Of a stretch of 32,000 nt of DNA, positions 7,588-16,620 are shown in pieces. Position 1 is the stretch's first letter, and every line of letters begins with the position of its first letter. This DNA comes from Xanthomonas campestris pv. campestris str. ATCC 33913 (GTDB lineage Bacteria > Pseudomonadota > Gammaproteobacteria > Xanthomonadales > Xanthomonadaceae). The DNA is taken from contig NC_003902.1 in assembly GCF_000007145.1 (NCBI RefSeq), positions 817,436 through 849,435 on the forward strand, given 5' to 3'. The position numbers were made by a program, and so were the translations under genes. The notes beneath the pieces are model-generated. The model saw only the letters and a list, made by a program, of their open reading frames with translations. It was not told the origin of the DNA and made no database searches.

Positions 7588-8332
7588 ATGACCCAACTGC
7601 GCAACACCGCCTGGATCGAACTGCAGGCGCGCCAGGCGCGCTTGCTGGTCGAGCAGGGGCGGGCGGGCGAAGCGCAACAACTGCTGGCGCGCACTGAAGC
7701 CGCACTCGGCAATCAGCTCGACGACCCGCAACTGCTGGCAGCGCTGGCCGGTGCGCACGCCGACGCCGGCAACACCCCGCGCGCATTGACCCTGGCCCAG
7801 CGCCTGGTCACCGGCGCCACCCCGAGTACCGAAGACCGCCTGCAGTACGCTCAGCGGTTTCACCTACGGCCACGGTGGCTACTTCAGCCCGCAGGACTAT
7901 GTGGACCTGGGATTCCCGGTGCACTGGAGCGGCCGCAGCGCCGGGCAGACGGTGAACTGGAAGGTGGACGCCAACATCGGTGTGCAGCATTTCACCACCG
8001 AAGCCACGCCGTATTTCCCGACCGATCCCACCTTGCAGCAGGCCGCCTACGATGCCGCCTCGGTCGCGGCGTTGCTGGGCCTGGTCAACCGCTATACCGA
8101 TCCGGTGTACGCGGGCGAAAGCCGCACCGGCGTGTCCTACAACCTCAGTGGCGCGGCCGAATGGCAGGTGGCACCGCAGTTGTTCCTGGGCGGGCGCATG
8201 ACCTTCAACAACGCGCGCGACTACAACCAGTTCAGCAGCAATCTCTATCTGCGTTTCGTGCTGGATCGGCTGGGTTCCGCGCTGGGCCGCGCGCCGCAGG
8301 TACTGACTTCGCCGTACGCGGCGGATCACTGA
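7588..8332 (+). pseudogene. cellulose-synthase subunit C (BcsC)-like remnant: a TPR fragment joined out of frame to the C-terminal beta-barrel segment
   Basis: Frame 1 (7588..~7860) encodes TPR-like LLVEQGRAGEAQQLLARTEAALG...RALTLAQRLV. After about 7860 that frame becomes Arg/Pro/Gly-rich junk. Frame 2, from about 7856, reads GFTYGHGGYFSPQDYVDLGFPVHWSGR...LYLRFVLDRL, which is the BcsC C-terminal domain signature, and ends at 8332. The roughly 1000 aa expected between the two parts are absent. Confidence 0.6.
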
Positions 8333-8416
8333 GCCAACGCAGTGCAGTGCGCAAGGTGTGCGGTGATGCGTGCGCGCGCCGGGCACGTTGCACGCCTGGG
8401 CTGCAGCGGCAATGAA

Positions 8417-8440
8417 GAACGGCGCCTTGCGGCGCCGTTC
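8417..8440. terminator. perfect 10-bp GC-rich hairpin between convergent genes
   Basis: The sequence is GAACGGCGCC-TTGC-GGCGCCGTTC. On the minus strand it is followed by TTCATT and lies 35 nt downstream of the protease stop. There is no strong U-tract on the plus strand. Confidence 0.55.
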
Positions 8441-8474
8441 CGGTCACACCATGACTGACCGCCGTGCGTCCGGG

Positions 8475-10133
8475 TTACGGGCGCATCTTGGTGGCACACA
8501 CGAACACCGACGCCTGCTGCAGGCGGCTGATCGCGCCCTGGTCCTGCAGCCCACGCACGTGCTCGTCCATGCAGGTCAGGTAACCCAGGCGGTTGCCTGC
8601 GTTCTGCGTCTTGCACAGGCTGCTCTCGGCCTGGATGTTGGCGCCGGGAATCAGCCCGCCGGTTTCCACCGTTGGTACCAGCGTGCTGCAGCTGCCCAGC
8701 TTGGTGAGGCCGCGATTCAACGTCCAGCCGATATCGGCAAACATCGCCGGGGTCAGGTCGATGTTGAGCTGCGCCTGCACTTCCGGCGTATCGAACGGTT
8801 CCATCAGCGCATTCGGCTGCAGGTCGGTATCGAAGTGCGAGAAGGTCGAGCCGCCGGCCACCACGCTGGGGGCGTACAAGCGCGTGCGGCCCTGGCTGTC
8901 GGTGCCCTGCAGCAGTTCCGGGTCCTCGTACAGCCCTGCCACCACCGCGGCGCTGCCTTTCAGGCGCGCGCCATCGGCTTGCGAGACCATGATCGCCGGG
9001 ATGGTGATGTCGGTGATCGGCGGTGCGGCATTGCCCATCGTCTGCACGCCGGCCGCGTTGTTGGCCACGATCACGCCCACCGCGCCATTGAGCTGGGCGT
9101 TCTTGACCTTGATGGCGAAGGCGCAGGTGCCGCGGTCGATCAAGGCCACCTTGCCGGCCACGGCCGCCGCATTGACGAACGGGGTTTCGCAACCGTCGCT
9201 GGCCGAGGCAGCGGCCACGCCGTCATCCACCGTCACCACCGAACGCGCCGGGAAATTGCCGGCGCTGGCCAGCGGCCCGAAGCTGGCAAAGCCCACTTCG
9301 AACTTGCCGGCCGCACCGGCGGGCGCGCTCACCTGCAGCAGCGTGCGCGGATCCAGGATCAACGCCGCCTCGCGGTTGACGCGCGTACCGGCCCACACCG
9401 TCCGCCCGGGCGTGCGCATGGCTTCGGCACGCAGCGCATTGGTCATGGTGGGGTCGTCGAAACGCTTGTTCTGCACGTTGTCGAAGGCCTGCGCGGTATA
9501 GACGTCGGTCAGGCCGGAGCCCGAGCCGAGCACACCGGTGGTCTTGTTGAGGAAGCCCGCCGCGCCCAGTCCATGGCCGATCTCGTGCATCACCACGTTG
9601 AGGAAGTTGATCTGGCCCTCGGGCGTCTTGCCGTCCAGGCCCAGGTACCAGCCCGACCCGGCCAGGCAGTCGTCCTTGCCCAGGTCGCCGTTGAATTGCG
9701 AAAACACGTCGGCCGGATCGGCCGGGTCGGGTACCAGATCCTGCCCGGCGATCGCATCGCCCAGCGCGGATGGGTACAAGGTATTGGCCTTGGCACCGGG
9801 GAAATTGTTGACGATCCAGTTCGGGCCGGCCTGGCCCAGGGTGCCGCCGGTGGCGGTACAGGTCAGCCGCGCGAACGAGGCGTACACCTTGATCTCGACA
9901 CTGCTCTGCAGCACCGCGCCCCACATGTCCATGGCGTACTGGTAGGCGATGCGTCGCTGCTCACCCACCGACCGGCCGGGGTTGCCACCCAGCGGTGCAG
10001 CGGCGGTGGGGTCGTTCAAGCCGACATTGGTGCCGGCATCGCCATTGATCAGGGTGACGTTGGCGGCCGAGGCGTGCAGCGGCGACAGCGCGGCGGCGAT
10101 GCCCAGGGACAACAGCAACAGGGGCTTATTCAT
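8475..10133 (-). CDS. secreted zinc metalloprotease with an inserted PA (protease-associated) domain
   Basis: Signal peptide: MNKPLLLLSLGIAAALSPLHASA. Zinc motif: HEIGHGLG. PA-domain signature: GKVALIDRGTCAFAIKVKNAQLNGAVGVIVANN. Length 552 aa. Confidence 0.85.
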   Translation of the reverse strand: MNKPLLLLSLGIAAALSPLHASAANVTLINGDAGTNVGLNDPTAAAPLGGNPGRSVGEQRRIAYQYAMDMWGAVLQSSVEIKVYASFARLTCTATGGTLGQAGPNWIVNNFPGAKANTLYPSALGDAIAGQDLVPDPADPADVFSQFNGDLGKDDCLAGSGWYLGLDGKTPEGQINFLNVVMHEIGHGLGAAGFLNKTTGVLGSGSGLTDVYTAQAFDNVQNKRFDDPTMTNALRAEAMRTPGRTVWAGTRVNREAALILDPRTLLQVSAPAGAAGKFEVGFASFGPLASAGNFPARSVVTVDDGVAAASASDGCETPFVNAAAVAGKVALIDRGTCAFAIKVKNAQLNGAVGVIVANNAAGVQTMGNAAPPITDITIPAIMVSQADGARLKGSAAVVAGLYEDPELLQGTDSQGRTRLYAPSVVAGGSTFSHFDTDLQPNALMEPFDTPEVQAQLNIDLTPAMFADIGWTLNRGLTKLGSCSTLVPTVETGGLIPGANIQAESSLCKTQNAGNRLGYLTCMDEHVRGLQDQGAISRLQQASVFVCATKMRP

Positions 10134-10542
10134 GCGGCAGCGCTCCGTGCTCGGCGTGGGCAGGTGGGGTGGTGGCGTCCTCGCTGTGCTCGATCACCAG
10201 GCGGCCATCGGCCTGCCGGGTCGCAACCAGGGAGCTCATCTGGGTGGCCGGCAACTTGCGCGCGATGGTGCCGTTGGGCAGGCGACGCTCGGTGGCCAGG
10301 GCGGCCGCCTCGGTCTGCGGGACTGCACTGCGTTGGGCGCTGCGCGCAGCCGGGGCTGCGGCGGCCTGCCGGTCCAGCGCGGCACTTTCTTCGGCGGTCA
10401 GCGCACGCAACTTGCCGGTGACCGGGTCGATACCGACCTTGGAGCTGCTGGTTCCTGCATCCTGGGCTGCGGCAAGTGCCGGCAGGCAGGCAAGACACAA
10501 CACACCGGACAGCATCCATCCGGGCTTGCGAAAGCTCATCAT
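10126..10542 (-). CDS. small secreted protein, translationally coupled to the metalloprotease
   Basis: Signal peptide: MMSFRKPGWMLSGVLCLACLPALAAAQD. AAGGAAA lies 9 nt upstream of ATG 10542. Its TAA stop overlaps the protease ATG (CATGAATAA, an 8-nt overlap). I recognise no domain. Confidence 0.6.
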   Translation of the reverse strand: MMSFRKPGWMLSGVLCLACLPALAAAQDAGTSSSKVGIDPVTGKLRALTAEESAALDRQAAAAPAARSAQRSAVPQTEAAALATERRLPNGTIARKLPATQMSSLVATRQADGRLVIEHSEDATTPPAHAEHGALPHE

Positions 10543-10644
10543 CGTTGGGGTTTCCTTGGGTCCAACAGGGGAAATACGCCGCACTGACACCGGCGCTCGG
10601 GGCAATCCTTCATTTCCAGTCTGTTCATGACTGAATCATGAATC

Positions 10645-10660
10645 CGTGATGCGCGTCAAC
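10645..10660. promoter_or_regulatory. possible CRP/Clp-type site in the protease operon upstream region
   Basis: CGTGA-TGCGCG-TCAAC matches TGTGA-N6-TCACA at 8 of 10 positions. It lies about 100 nt upstream of ATG 10542. It also overlaps a 13-mer shared with the polysaccharide-cluster promoter region. Confidence 0.25.
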
Positions 10661-11331
10661 TTTTTGACACATGGGCCCATGAATGCGAAGTCATTGCCTG
10701 AAATAGTCATGTCTGCGCTTGCATTGTGCGCGGGATGCCGAATTGGCCTGAGTGCTCTGCCTGTTCCGAGCTCCGAGGGATGCGATCGGATTGCTTACGG
10801 CAGGTGGAGAGGGCTAGCTGGCGCACGAGGTGCGAGTGCTTAGCGTTGTCATGCCCCCACAGGTGTTGGCTTCCGCGTTTTCGACGGGCCTGACCTGAAG
10901 GGCGTACGGCAGACGGAGATGCCGCGTTGCAGGTGCTGCCGGGAGTTGGCGTGGCATCGCCCAGACAGGCGCGGCGACATCGCACACGCCATCGGATGCG
11001 CTGCAGGTTGGTCGGCGCGAACGCGCGCTGCTGCCATCGCTACCAAATTGGAGAGCGGAGTGGTTTCGTAAGGAGTTGCAGTCACCGCGCCTCGCGCGGA
11101 TGCGCAGCTCGCAGGCGGACGTGCAGCGAGTGCAGGTGCTACGTGGCGTAAACCGCAGGGGCCACATCGCCGCGCGTGCAGCACAACGTTAGTCGCTTGG
11201 TCAGGCGCGGCAGACGGTTTGCGTTTCGCGTTTCGATGGCAGGCGCTGAGACCGCTCGTGCTGCAGTGTGCACGCCACTACCATTGGCCTCCCGTCCTCC
11301 ACGCCATCGGCGTGACGCCCTCAGGTTGCCC

Positions 11332-11754
11332 ATGCACGCCGTCATCTATCACAACCCTGCCTGCGGCACCTCGCGCAACACGCTGGCCTTGATCCGCCAT
11401 GTCGGCATCGAACCGCAGATCATCGAGTACCTGCGCGACCCGCCAACGCGCGCGACCTTGCAGGCACTGATTGCCGAGGCCGGCCTGTCGGTGCGCGATG
11501 CGCTTCGCCAGAAGGGCACGCCCTATCTGGAACTCGGGCTGGATGACCCCGCGCTGGACGATGCCGCCTTGCTGAGCGCGATGCTGGCGCATCCGATCCT
11601 GATCAACCGCCCGTTCGTGCGCACCGATCGCGGAGTGCGGCTGTGCCGGCCGTCCGAGCAGGTGCTGGAACTGCTGCCGGCGGCGACCAGCGGCTTCATC
11701 AAGGAAGACGGCGAACGTGTGCTCGACGAGGCCGGGCGCCGCGTTAGTCAGTGA
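11332..11754 (+). CDS. arsC: arsenate reductase (glutaredoxin-coupled ArsC family)
   Basis: MHAVIYHNPACGTSRNTLALIR contains the catalytic HNPxCGTSRN motif. The 140-aa length fits the family. The longer ORF starting at 11176 has no support. Confidence 0.85.
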   Translation: MHAVIYHNPACGTSRNTLALIRHVGIEPQIIEYLRDPPTRATLQALIAEAGLSVRDALRQKGTPYLELGLDDPALDDAALLSAMLAHPILINRPFVRTDRGVRLCRPSEQVLELLPAATSGFIKEDGERVLDEAGRRVSQ

Positions 11755-12009
11755 GGTCATGCGGGCAACGCGCTAGGACCCAGCAGCATCGCCTGCCGAT
11801 GACACCGCTGCGGTCGTGGCCGCGTGCGCAACGGCGCCGCCACGCACCCGACAGCGCAGGGTTTGCGCCTCCGGGAGCCGTTCCGGTTCCGCAGTAGCGC
11901 AGCCACTGCGCACCGGTGCTGGCTGGGGTGGGTCTGTCGGGCTAGGTTTGCTCACCTCACACCACGCGCCACGCTCTACCATCGGCGCATCGTTGATTGG
12001 AGCACCCGC

Positions 12010-12525
12010 ATGATTCGCGAAATTATCCGCATGGGCGACAAGCGCCTGCTGCGCGTGGCGCCGCCGGTCACCAACCTGGGCAGTGACGAGTTGCACGCGT
12101 TGGTGGCCGATATGTTTGAAACCATGGATGCCGCGCGCGGTGTCGGGCTGGCCGCACCGCAGATCGCGGTGGACCTGCAATTGATGGTGTTCGGTTTCGA
12201 GGCCAGCGAGCGCTATCCCGAAGCACCGGCAGTGCCACGCACCGCCTTGGCCAACGTGCAGATCGAACCGCTGTCCGATGAGATGGAAAACGGCTGGGAA
12301 GGGTGCCTGTCGATCCCCGGCCTGCGCGCGGTCATTCCTCGCCACCGCGTCATCCGCTATTCCGGCTTTGCCCCGGACGGCACGCCCATCGAGCGCGAGG
12401 CCGAAGGCTTCCATGCACGCGTGGTGCAGCACGAATACGACCATCTGGTTGGCCGCCTGTATCCCTCGCGCATCGAAAACTTCGACACCTTCGGCTTCGA
12501 AGACGTGCTGTCCTACGACCTGTAG
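12010..12525 (+). CDS. def: peptide deformylase
   Basis: The three Def motifs are present: [16 protein letters not shown] and HEYDHL. GGAG lies 8 nt upstream of ATG 12010. Length 171 aa. Confidence 0.9.
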   Translation: MIREIIRMGDKRLLRVAPPVTNLGSDELHALVADMFETMDAARGVGLAAPQIAVDLQLMVFGFEASERYPEAPAVPRTALANVQIEPLSDEMENGWEGCLSIPGLRAVIPRHRVIRYSGFAPDGTPIEREAEGFHARVVQHEYDHLVGRLYPSRIENFDTFGFEDVLSYDL

Positions 12526-12567
12526 TGCGACGCCCACAGCGCAGGCGTCGCGGCGCAACGCGCATAA

Positions 12568-12598
12568 GGAAAAGGGCGCCCTCAAGGCGCCCTTTTTT
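12568..12598. terminator. bidirectional rho-independent terminator between def and ettA
   Basis: The sequence is AGGAAAA-GGGCGCC-CTCAA-GGCGCCC-TTTTTT, with an A-tract and a T-tract flanking a 7-bp GC stem. Confidence 0.8.
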
Positions 12599-12643
12599 CA
12601 TCCAGCCTCATGACAGCGCCCTCATCCGGGCGCCGTGGTTGGC

Positions 12644-14305
12644 TTACTTCAACGCCTTGAAGCGCAGGCGCTTGGGACCGGCGTCATCGCCCATGCGGCG
12701 ACGCTTGTCTTCTTCGTACTCACGGTAGTTGCCCTGGAAGAACTCCACGTGCGACTCGCCTTCGAACGACAGGATGTGCGTGGCGATACGGTCGAGGAAC
12801 CAACGGTCATGCGAGATCACGAAGGTGTTGCCCGGGAACTCCAGCAACGCATCTTCCAGCGCACGCAAGGTTTCGATGTCCAGGTCGTTGGACGGTTCGT
12901 CGAGCAGCAGCACGTTGCCACCCTGCAGCAGGGTCTTGGCCATGTGCAGGCGACCACGCTCACCACCGGACAGCGAGCCGACCATCTTCTGCTGGTCCTG
13001 CCCCTTGAAGTTGAAGCGGCCGATGTAGGCGCGCGACTGGATCTCCACGCCATTGATGTTGAGGATGTCCAGGCCGCCAGCGATTTCCTGGAACACGTTG
13101 TGGTTGCCCTCGAGCTTGTCGCGGCTCTGGTCCACGTACGACAGCTGCACGGTCGGGCCCATCACGATCTCGCCAGAATCCGGCTTTTCCGCACCGGTGA
13201 TCATCTTGAACAGGGTCGACTTACCGGCACCGTTGGGGCCGATGATGCCCACGATGGCGCCCGGCGGCACGATCATCGACAGGTTGTCGATCAGCAGGCG
13301 GTCGCCGAACTTCTTGGAGACGTTCTTGAACTCCATCACCGAGTTGCCCAGGCGCTCGCCCGGCGGGATGAAGATTTCATTGGTCTCGTTACGGCGCTGG
13401 TAATCCACCGACTGCAGCTCTTCCAGGCGGGCCAGACGCGCCTTGCCCTTGGTGCGGCCACCCTTGGCGTTCTGCCGCGACCATTCCAGTTCCTTCTGGA
13501 TCGCCTTCTGGCGTGACTTTTCCTGGTTGTCTTCCTGCTTGAGGCGCTCGTCCTTCTGGGTCAGCCACTCGGTGTAGTTGCCCTTCCACGGAATGCCGCG
13601 GCCGCGGTCCAGTTCCAGGATCCACTCGGCAGCGTTGTCGAGGAAGTAGCGATCATGCGTGACCGCCACCACGGTGCCGGTGTAGCGCGCCAGGAACTGC
13701 TCCAGCCACTCCACCGACTCGGCGTCCAAGTGGTTGGTCGGTTCGTCGAGCAGCAGCATGTCCGGCTTCTGCAGCAACAGGCGGCACAGCGCCACGCGGC
13801 GCTTTTCACCACCGGACAACTTGCCGACGATGGCGTCCCACGGCGGCAGGCGCAGCGCATCGGCGGCCACGTCCAGCTGGTTTTCCAGGGTGTGTGCATC
13901 GCCGGCGGCCAGGATGGCCTCCAGGCGCTCCTGTTCCTTGGCCAGCGCATCGAAATCGGCGCCTTCTTCGGCGTACGCCAGATAGACCGCATCCAGCGCG
14001 GCCTGGGCCTGCAGCACGTCGCCCACGCCTTCTTCCACCGCCTCGCGCACGGTGTGCTCGGGGTTGAGCTGCGGCTCCTGGGCCAGGTAGCCGACCTTGA
14101 TGCCGGCCTGCGGGCGGGCTTCGCCCTCAAAGTCGGTATCCACGCCGGCCATGATCTTCAGCACCGTGGATTTGCCGGCGCCGTTCAGGCCGAGCAGGCC
14201 GATCTTGGCGCCGGGGAAGAAGCTCAGCGAGATGTCCTTGATGATCTGCCGCTTGGGCGGGACCACCTTGCTGACGCGGTTCATGGTGTAAATGTATTGC
14301 GACAT
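12644..14305 (-). CDS. ettA: energy-dependent translational throttle protein EttA (ABC-F ATPase)
   Basis: The N-terminus MSQYIYTMNRVSKVVPPKRQIIKDISLSFFPGAKIGLLGLNGAGKST matches EttA. There are two ABC cassettes (LSGGEKRRVAL and LSGGERGRLHM). GGAG lies upstream of ATG 14305. Confidence 0.95.
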   Translation of the reverse strand: MSQYIYTMNRVSKVVPPKRQIIKDISLSFFPGAKIGLLGLNGAGKSTVLKIMAGVDTDFEGEARPQAGIKVGYLAQEPQLNPEHTVREAVEEGVGDVLQAQAALDAVYLAYAEEGADFDALAKEQERLEAILAAGDAHTLENQLDVAADALRLPPWDAIVGKLSGGEKRRVALCRLLLQKPDMLLLDEPTNHLDAESVEWLEQFLARYTGTVVAVTHDRYFLDNAAEWILELDRGRGIPWKGNYTEWLTQKDERLKQEDNQEKSRQKAIQKELEWSRQNAKGGRTKGKARLARLEELQSVDYQRRNETNEIFIPPGERLGNSVMEFKNVSKKFGDRLLIDNLSMIVPPGAIVGIIGPNGAGKSTLFKMITGAEKPDSGEIVMGPTVQLSYVDQSRDKLEGNHNVFQEIAGGLDILNINGVEIQSRAYIGRFNFKGQDQQKMVGSLSGGERGRLHMAKTLLQGGNVLLLDEPSNDLDIETLRALEDALLEFPGNTFVISHDRWFLDRIATHILSFEGESHVEFFQGNYREYEEDKRRRMGDDAGPKRLRFKALK

Positions 14306-14531
14306 GGGGACTCCGTGGACGCAGGCAGCCCGCCGGCCGAGGCCGGAGGCAGCGGAAAAGGGATTGCGCCGATTATACCGGCAAGTATTCACCTCCGCCG
14401 GACCGCAGATGCGGCTAAACGGCAGCTTACTTCCCACCTGAATGGGTGTTTTCGTAACCGATTCCAGCAAGAAAGCGTTAAGCCGGGCAGCCTCTTAATG
14501 CAATTGCGACATCGCACACAGGAGCAATCCC

Positions 14532-15056
14532 ATGAACCGCAAACGCATCGTCACCGTTGTGCTTTCCTCCATCTTGGCGCTGGGCTTCGCTGCACCGGCC
14601 GCATTTGCCGGGGATTGGGACCGCGACCACGACCGCCGTGGGCATGACCGCGACCGCGACCATCGGCGCGACTACGACCGTCACGACAACCGCAACTGGC
14701 AGGCCCAGCAGCGCTGGGATGACCGCCGTCGCCGCGATGACCGCCGCGAGTGGCGCCAGGACCGCCGCGTCTACAACAATGGCTACCGCGAGGGTTACCA
14801 GGACGCGCGCTACCGCGACCGCTACAACGATCGCCGCGTCTACACCTACCAGCCCGTCCGCCCGGCCTATTACGGCGGCCCGCGCTATGTGCGTGGCGGC
14901 TATTACAACGGCCCGGTGTATGTGATCAACGATTACGACCGTCACCACCTGCGTCGCCCGCCGTATGGCTATCGCTGGCAGCGCGACAACACCGGCAACT
15001 TCCTGCTGGTGGCGATCGCAACCGGTGTGATCGCCGATCTGGTGCTCAACAACTGA
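14532..15056 (+). CDS. RcnB/YohN-family periplasmic protein with a long Asp/Arg-rich low-complexity region
   Basis: Signal peptide: MNRKRIVTVVLSSILALGFAAPAAFA. The C-terminus YVINDYDRHHLRRPPYGYRWQRDNTGNFLLVAIATGVIADLVL is the RcnB-family signature. AGGAG lies upstream of the start. Confidence 0.75.
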   Translation: MNRKRIVTVVLSSILALGFAAPAAFAGDWDRDHDRRGHDRDRDHRRDYDRHDNRNWQAQQRWDDRRRRDDRREWRQDRRVYNNGYREGYQDARYRDRYNDRRVYTYQPVRPAYYGGPRYVRGGYYNGPVYVINDYDRHHLRRPPYGYRWQRDNTGNFLLVAIATGVIADLVLNN

Positions 15057-15111
15057 GCCCCTAGCTGGCAGCGCCCGACCGGGCAGCCCGGTCAGGCCAC
15101 AGGCATCACAT

Positions 15112-15131
15112 GGGCGCACTTCGGTGCGCCC
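15112..15131 (+). terminator. GC-rich stem-loop downstream of the RcnB-like gene (weak terminator candidate)
   Basis: GGGCGCAC-TTCG-GTGCGCCC is followed by ATGGCGTTTGTGGG, a poor U-tract. A second hairpin, GACCGGG-CAG-CCCGGTC, lies at 15077..15093. Confidence 0.35.
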
Positions 15132-15265
15132 ATGGCGTTTGTGGGTCCCGTTCCTGGGCCCCGGTGTGCTGCGTCGCAAGGCCAGTCTGGTCGATTGGTC
15201 ACCCGTTCCCCGGAGGCTTACAATCGGCGGTCTTACTGGCCACAGCTGCCCCCCGGAGCTTCTGC

Positions 15266-16519
15266 ATGTTCTCGCGCGACGTCCGACTGGAAACCTACGA
15301 CCCCGAACTGGCCAAGGCCATTGCCGCTGAAGCCGGCCGCCAGGAGGATCACGTCGAGCTGATCGCCAGCGAGAACTACTGCAGCCCGCTGGTGATGGAA
15401 GCCCAGGGCAGCCAGCTGACCAACAAGTACGCCGAAGGCTACCCGGGCAAGCGCTACTACGGCGGTTGCGAGTTCGTCGACATTGCCGAGCAATTGGCCA
15501 TTGACCGCATCAAGCAGGTGTTCGGTGCGGACTACGCCAACGTGCAGCCGCACAGTGGCTCGCAGGCCAACCAGGCGGTGTACCTCGCGCTGCTGCAGCC
15601 GGGCGACACCATCCTGGGCATGAGCCTGGCCCATGGCGGCCACCTCACCCACGGCGCCAAGGTCAATGCCTCGGGCAAGCTGTTCAACGCCGTGCAGTAC
15701 GGCGTGAACGAGCAGGGCCTGATCGATTACGACGAGGTGCAGCGCCTGGCCACCGAGCACAAGCCGAAGATGGTCATTGCCGGCTTCTCGGCGTATTCGC
15801 AGAAGATCGACTGGGCGCGCTTCCGCGCCATTGCCGACAGCGTCGGTGCGTATCTGTTCGTGGACATGGCGCACGTGGCCGGCCTGGTGGCCGCCGGTGT
15901 GTACCCCAGCCCGATGGACCATGCGCACGTGGTCACCTCGACCACGCACAAGACCCTGCGTGGCCCGCGTGGCGGCATCATCCTGGCCAAGGGCGCGGGC
16001 GAGGACCTGGTCAAGAAGCTGCAGTCGATCGTGTTCCCCGGCATCCAGGGTGGCCCGCTGATGCACGTGATCGCGGCCAAGGCGGTTGCGTTCAAGGAAG
16101 CACTGGAGCCGGAGTTCAAGACCTACCAGCAGCAGGTGGTCAAGAACGCGCAGGCGATGGCGAACACGCTGATCGCGCGCGGCTACAAGATCGTCTCCGG
16201 TGGCACCGAGAACCACCTGATGCTGGTGGACATGATCGGCCGCGATGTCTCGGGCAAGGACGCAGAAGCCGCGCTCGGCAAAGCGCACATCACCGTCAAC
16301 AAGAACTCGGTGCCCAACGACCCGCGCTCTCCCTTTGTTACCTCGGGCCTGCGCCTGGGCACCCCGGCCATTACCACCCGCGGTTACCAGGAACAGGACT
16401 GCGTGGACCTGGCCAACTGGATCGCCGACGTGCTGGACGCCCCGGCCGACGACGCCGTGCTGGCCAAGGTGCGCGATGCAGTGACCGCGCAGTGCAAGAA
16501 ATATCCTGTGTATGGCTGA
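15266..16519 (+). CDS. glyA: serine hydroxymethyltransferase
   Basis: [38 protein letters not shown] and the PLP lysine context [12 protein letters not shown] identify it. Length 417 aa. Confidence 0.95.
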   Translation: MFSRDVRLETYDPELAKAIAAEAGRQEDHVELIASENYCSPLVMEAQGSQLTNKYAEGYPGKRYYGGCEFVDIAEQLAIDRIKQVFGADYANVQPHSGSQANQAVYLALLQPGDTILGMSLAHGGHLTHGAKVNASGKLFNAVQYGVNEQGLIDYDEVQRLATEHKPKMVIAGFSAYSQKIDWARFRAIADSVGAYLFVDMAHVAGLVAAGVYPSPMDHAHVVTSTTHKTLRGPRGGIILAKGAGEDLVKKLQSIVFPGIQGGPLMHVIAAKAVAFKEALEPEFKTYQQQVVKNAQAMANTLIARGYKIVSGGTENHLMLVDMIGRDVSGKDAEAALGKAHITVNKNSVPNDPRSPFVTSGLRLGTPAITTRGYQEQDCVDLANWIADVLDAPADDAVLAKVRDAVTAQCKKYPVYG

Positions 16520-16522
16520 TGC

Positions 16523-16612
16523 GGAAATCGGGAATGGAGAGACGGGAATGGTAAAAGCAACGCTGCGATAGCCCCGCTGTTCCGATTCCCTATTCCCCTC
16601 TCCCTATTCCCG
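16523..16612. repeat. heptamer-based REP-like inverted repeat (G-rich arm / spacer / C-rich arm)
   Basis: The left arm is GGAAATC GGGAATG GAGAGAC GGGAATG. The spacer contains AGCAACG. The right arm is CGATTCC CTATTCC CCTCTCC CTATTCC CG. It fills the glyA-nrdR spacer and ends 8 nt before the nrdR ATG. Confidence 0.8.
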
Positions 16613-16620
16613 GACGTCTG

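Noticed and set aside
7588-8415. 275-aa ORF read as an intact gene
   Set aside because: Only the first 90 aa or so look like a real TPR-type protein. After about 7860 the frame gives Arg/Pro/Gly-rich nonsense, while frame 2 carries the genuine BcsC C-terminal sequence. I therefore call the locus a pseudogene.
8370-10421. 683-aa ORF on the plus strand, opposite the metalloprotease
   Set aside because: It is Arg/Gly/Ala/His-rich with no recognisable domain. The minus strand encodes a complete signal peptide, an HEIGH motif and a PA-domain protein.
10646-10843. 65-aa plus-strand ORF in the protease-arsC gap
   Set aside because: It has no RBS, no recognisable fold or motif, and atypical composition. 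It is retained only as part of the unexplained gap.
11773-12585. 270-aa minus-strand ORF overlapping def
   Set aside because: It is antisense to a def gene with all three catalytic motifs, and it has no motifs of its own.
14478-15179. 233-aa minus-strand ORF opposite the RcnB-like gene
   Set aside because: It is the antisense translation of the GACCGC-type repeats, giving Val/Ala/Ile-rich runs. The plus strand has a signal peptide, an RBS and a conserved family C-terminus.
15132-15265. Possible ZTP (pfl) or other riboswitch in the glyA leader
   Set aside because: I looked for the ZTP cores (GGGUCGUGACUGGCG ... CCGCCUGGGC) and found only loose resemblances such as GGTCGATTGGTCACC and CGGCGGTCTT. 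That is not enough to claim an element.
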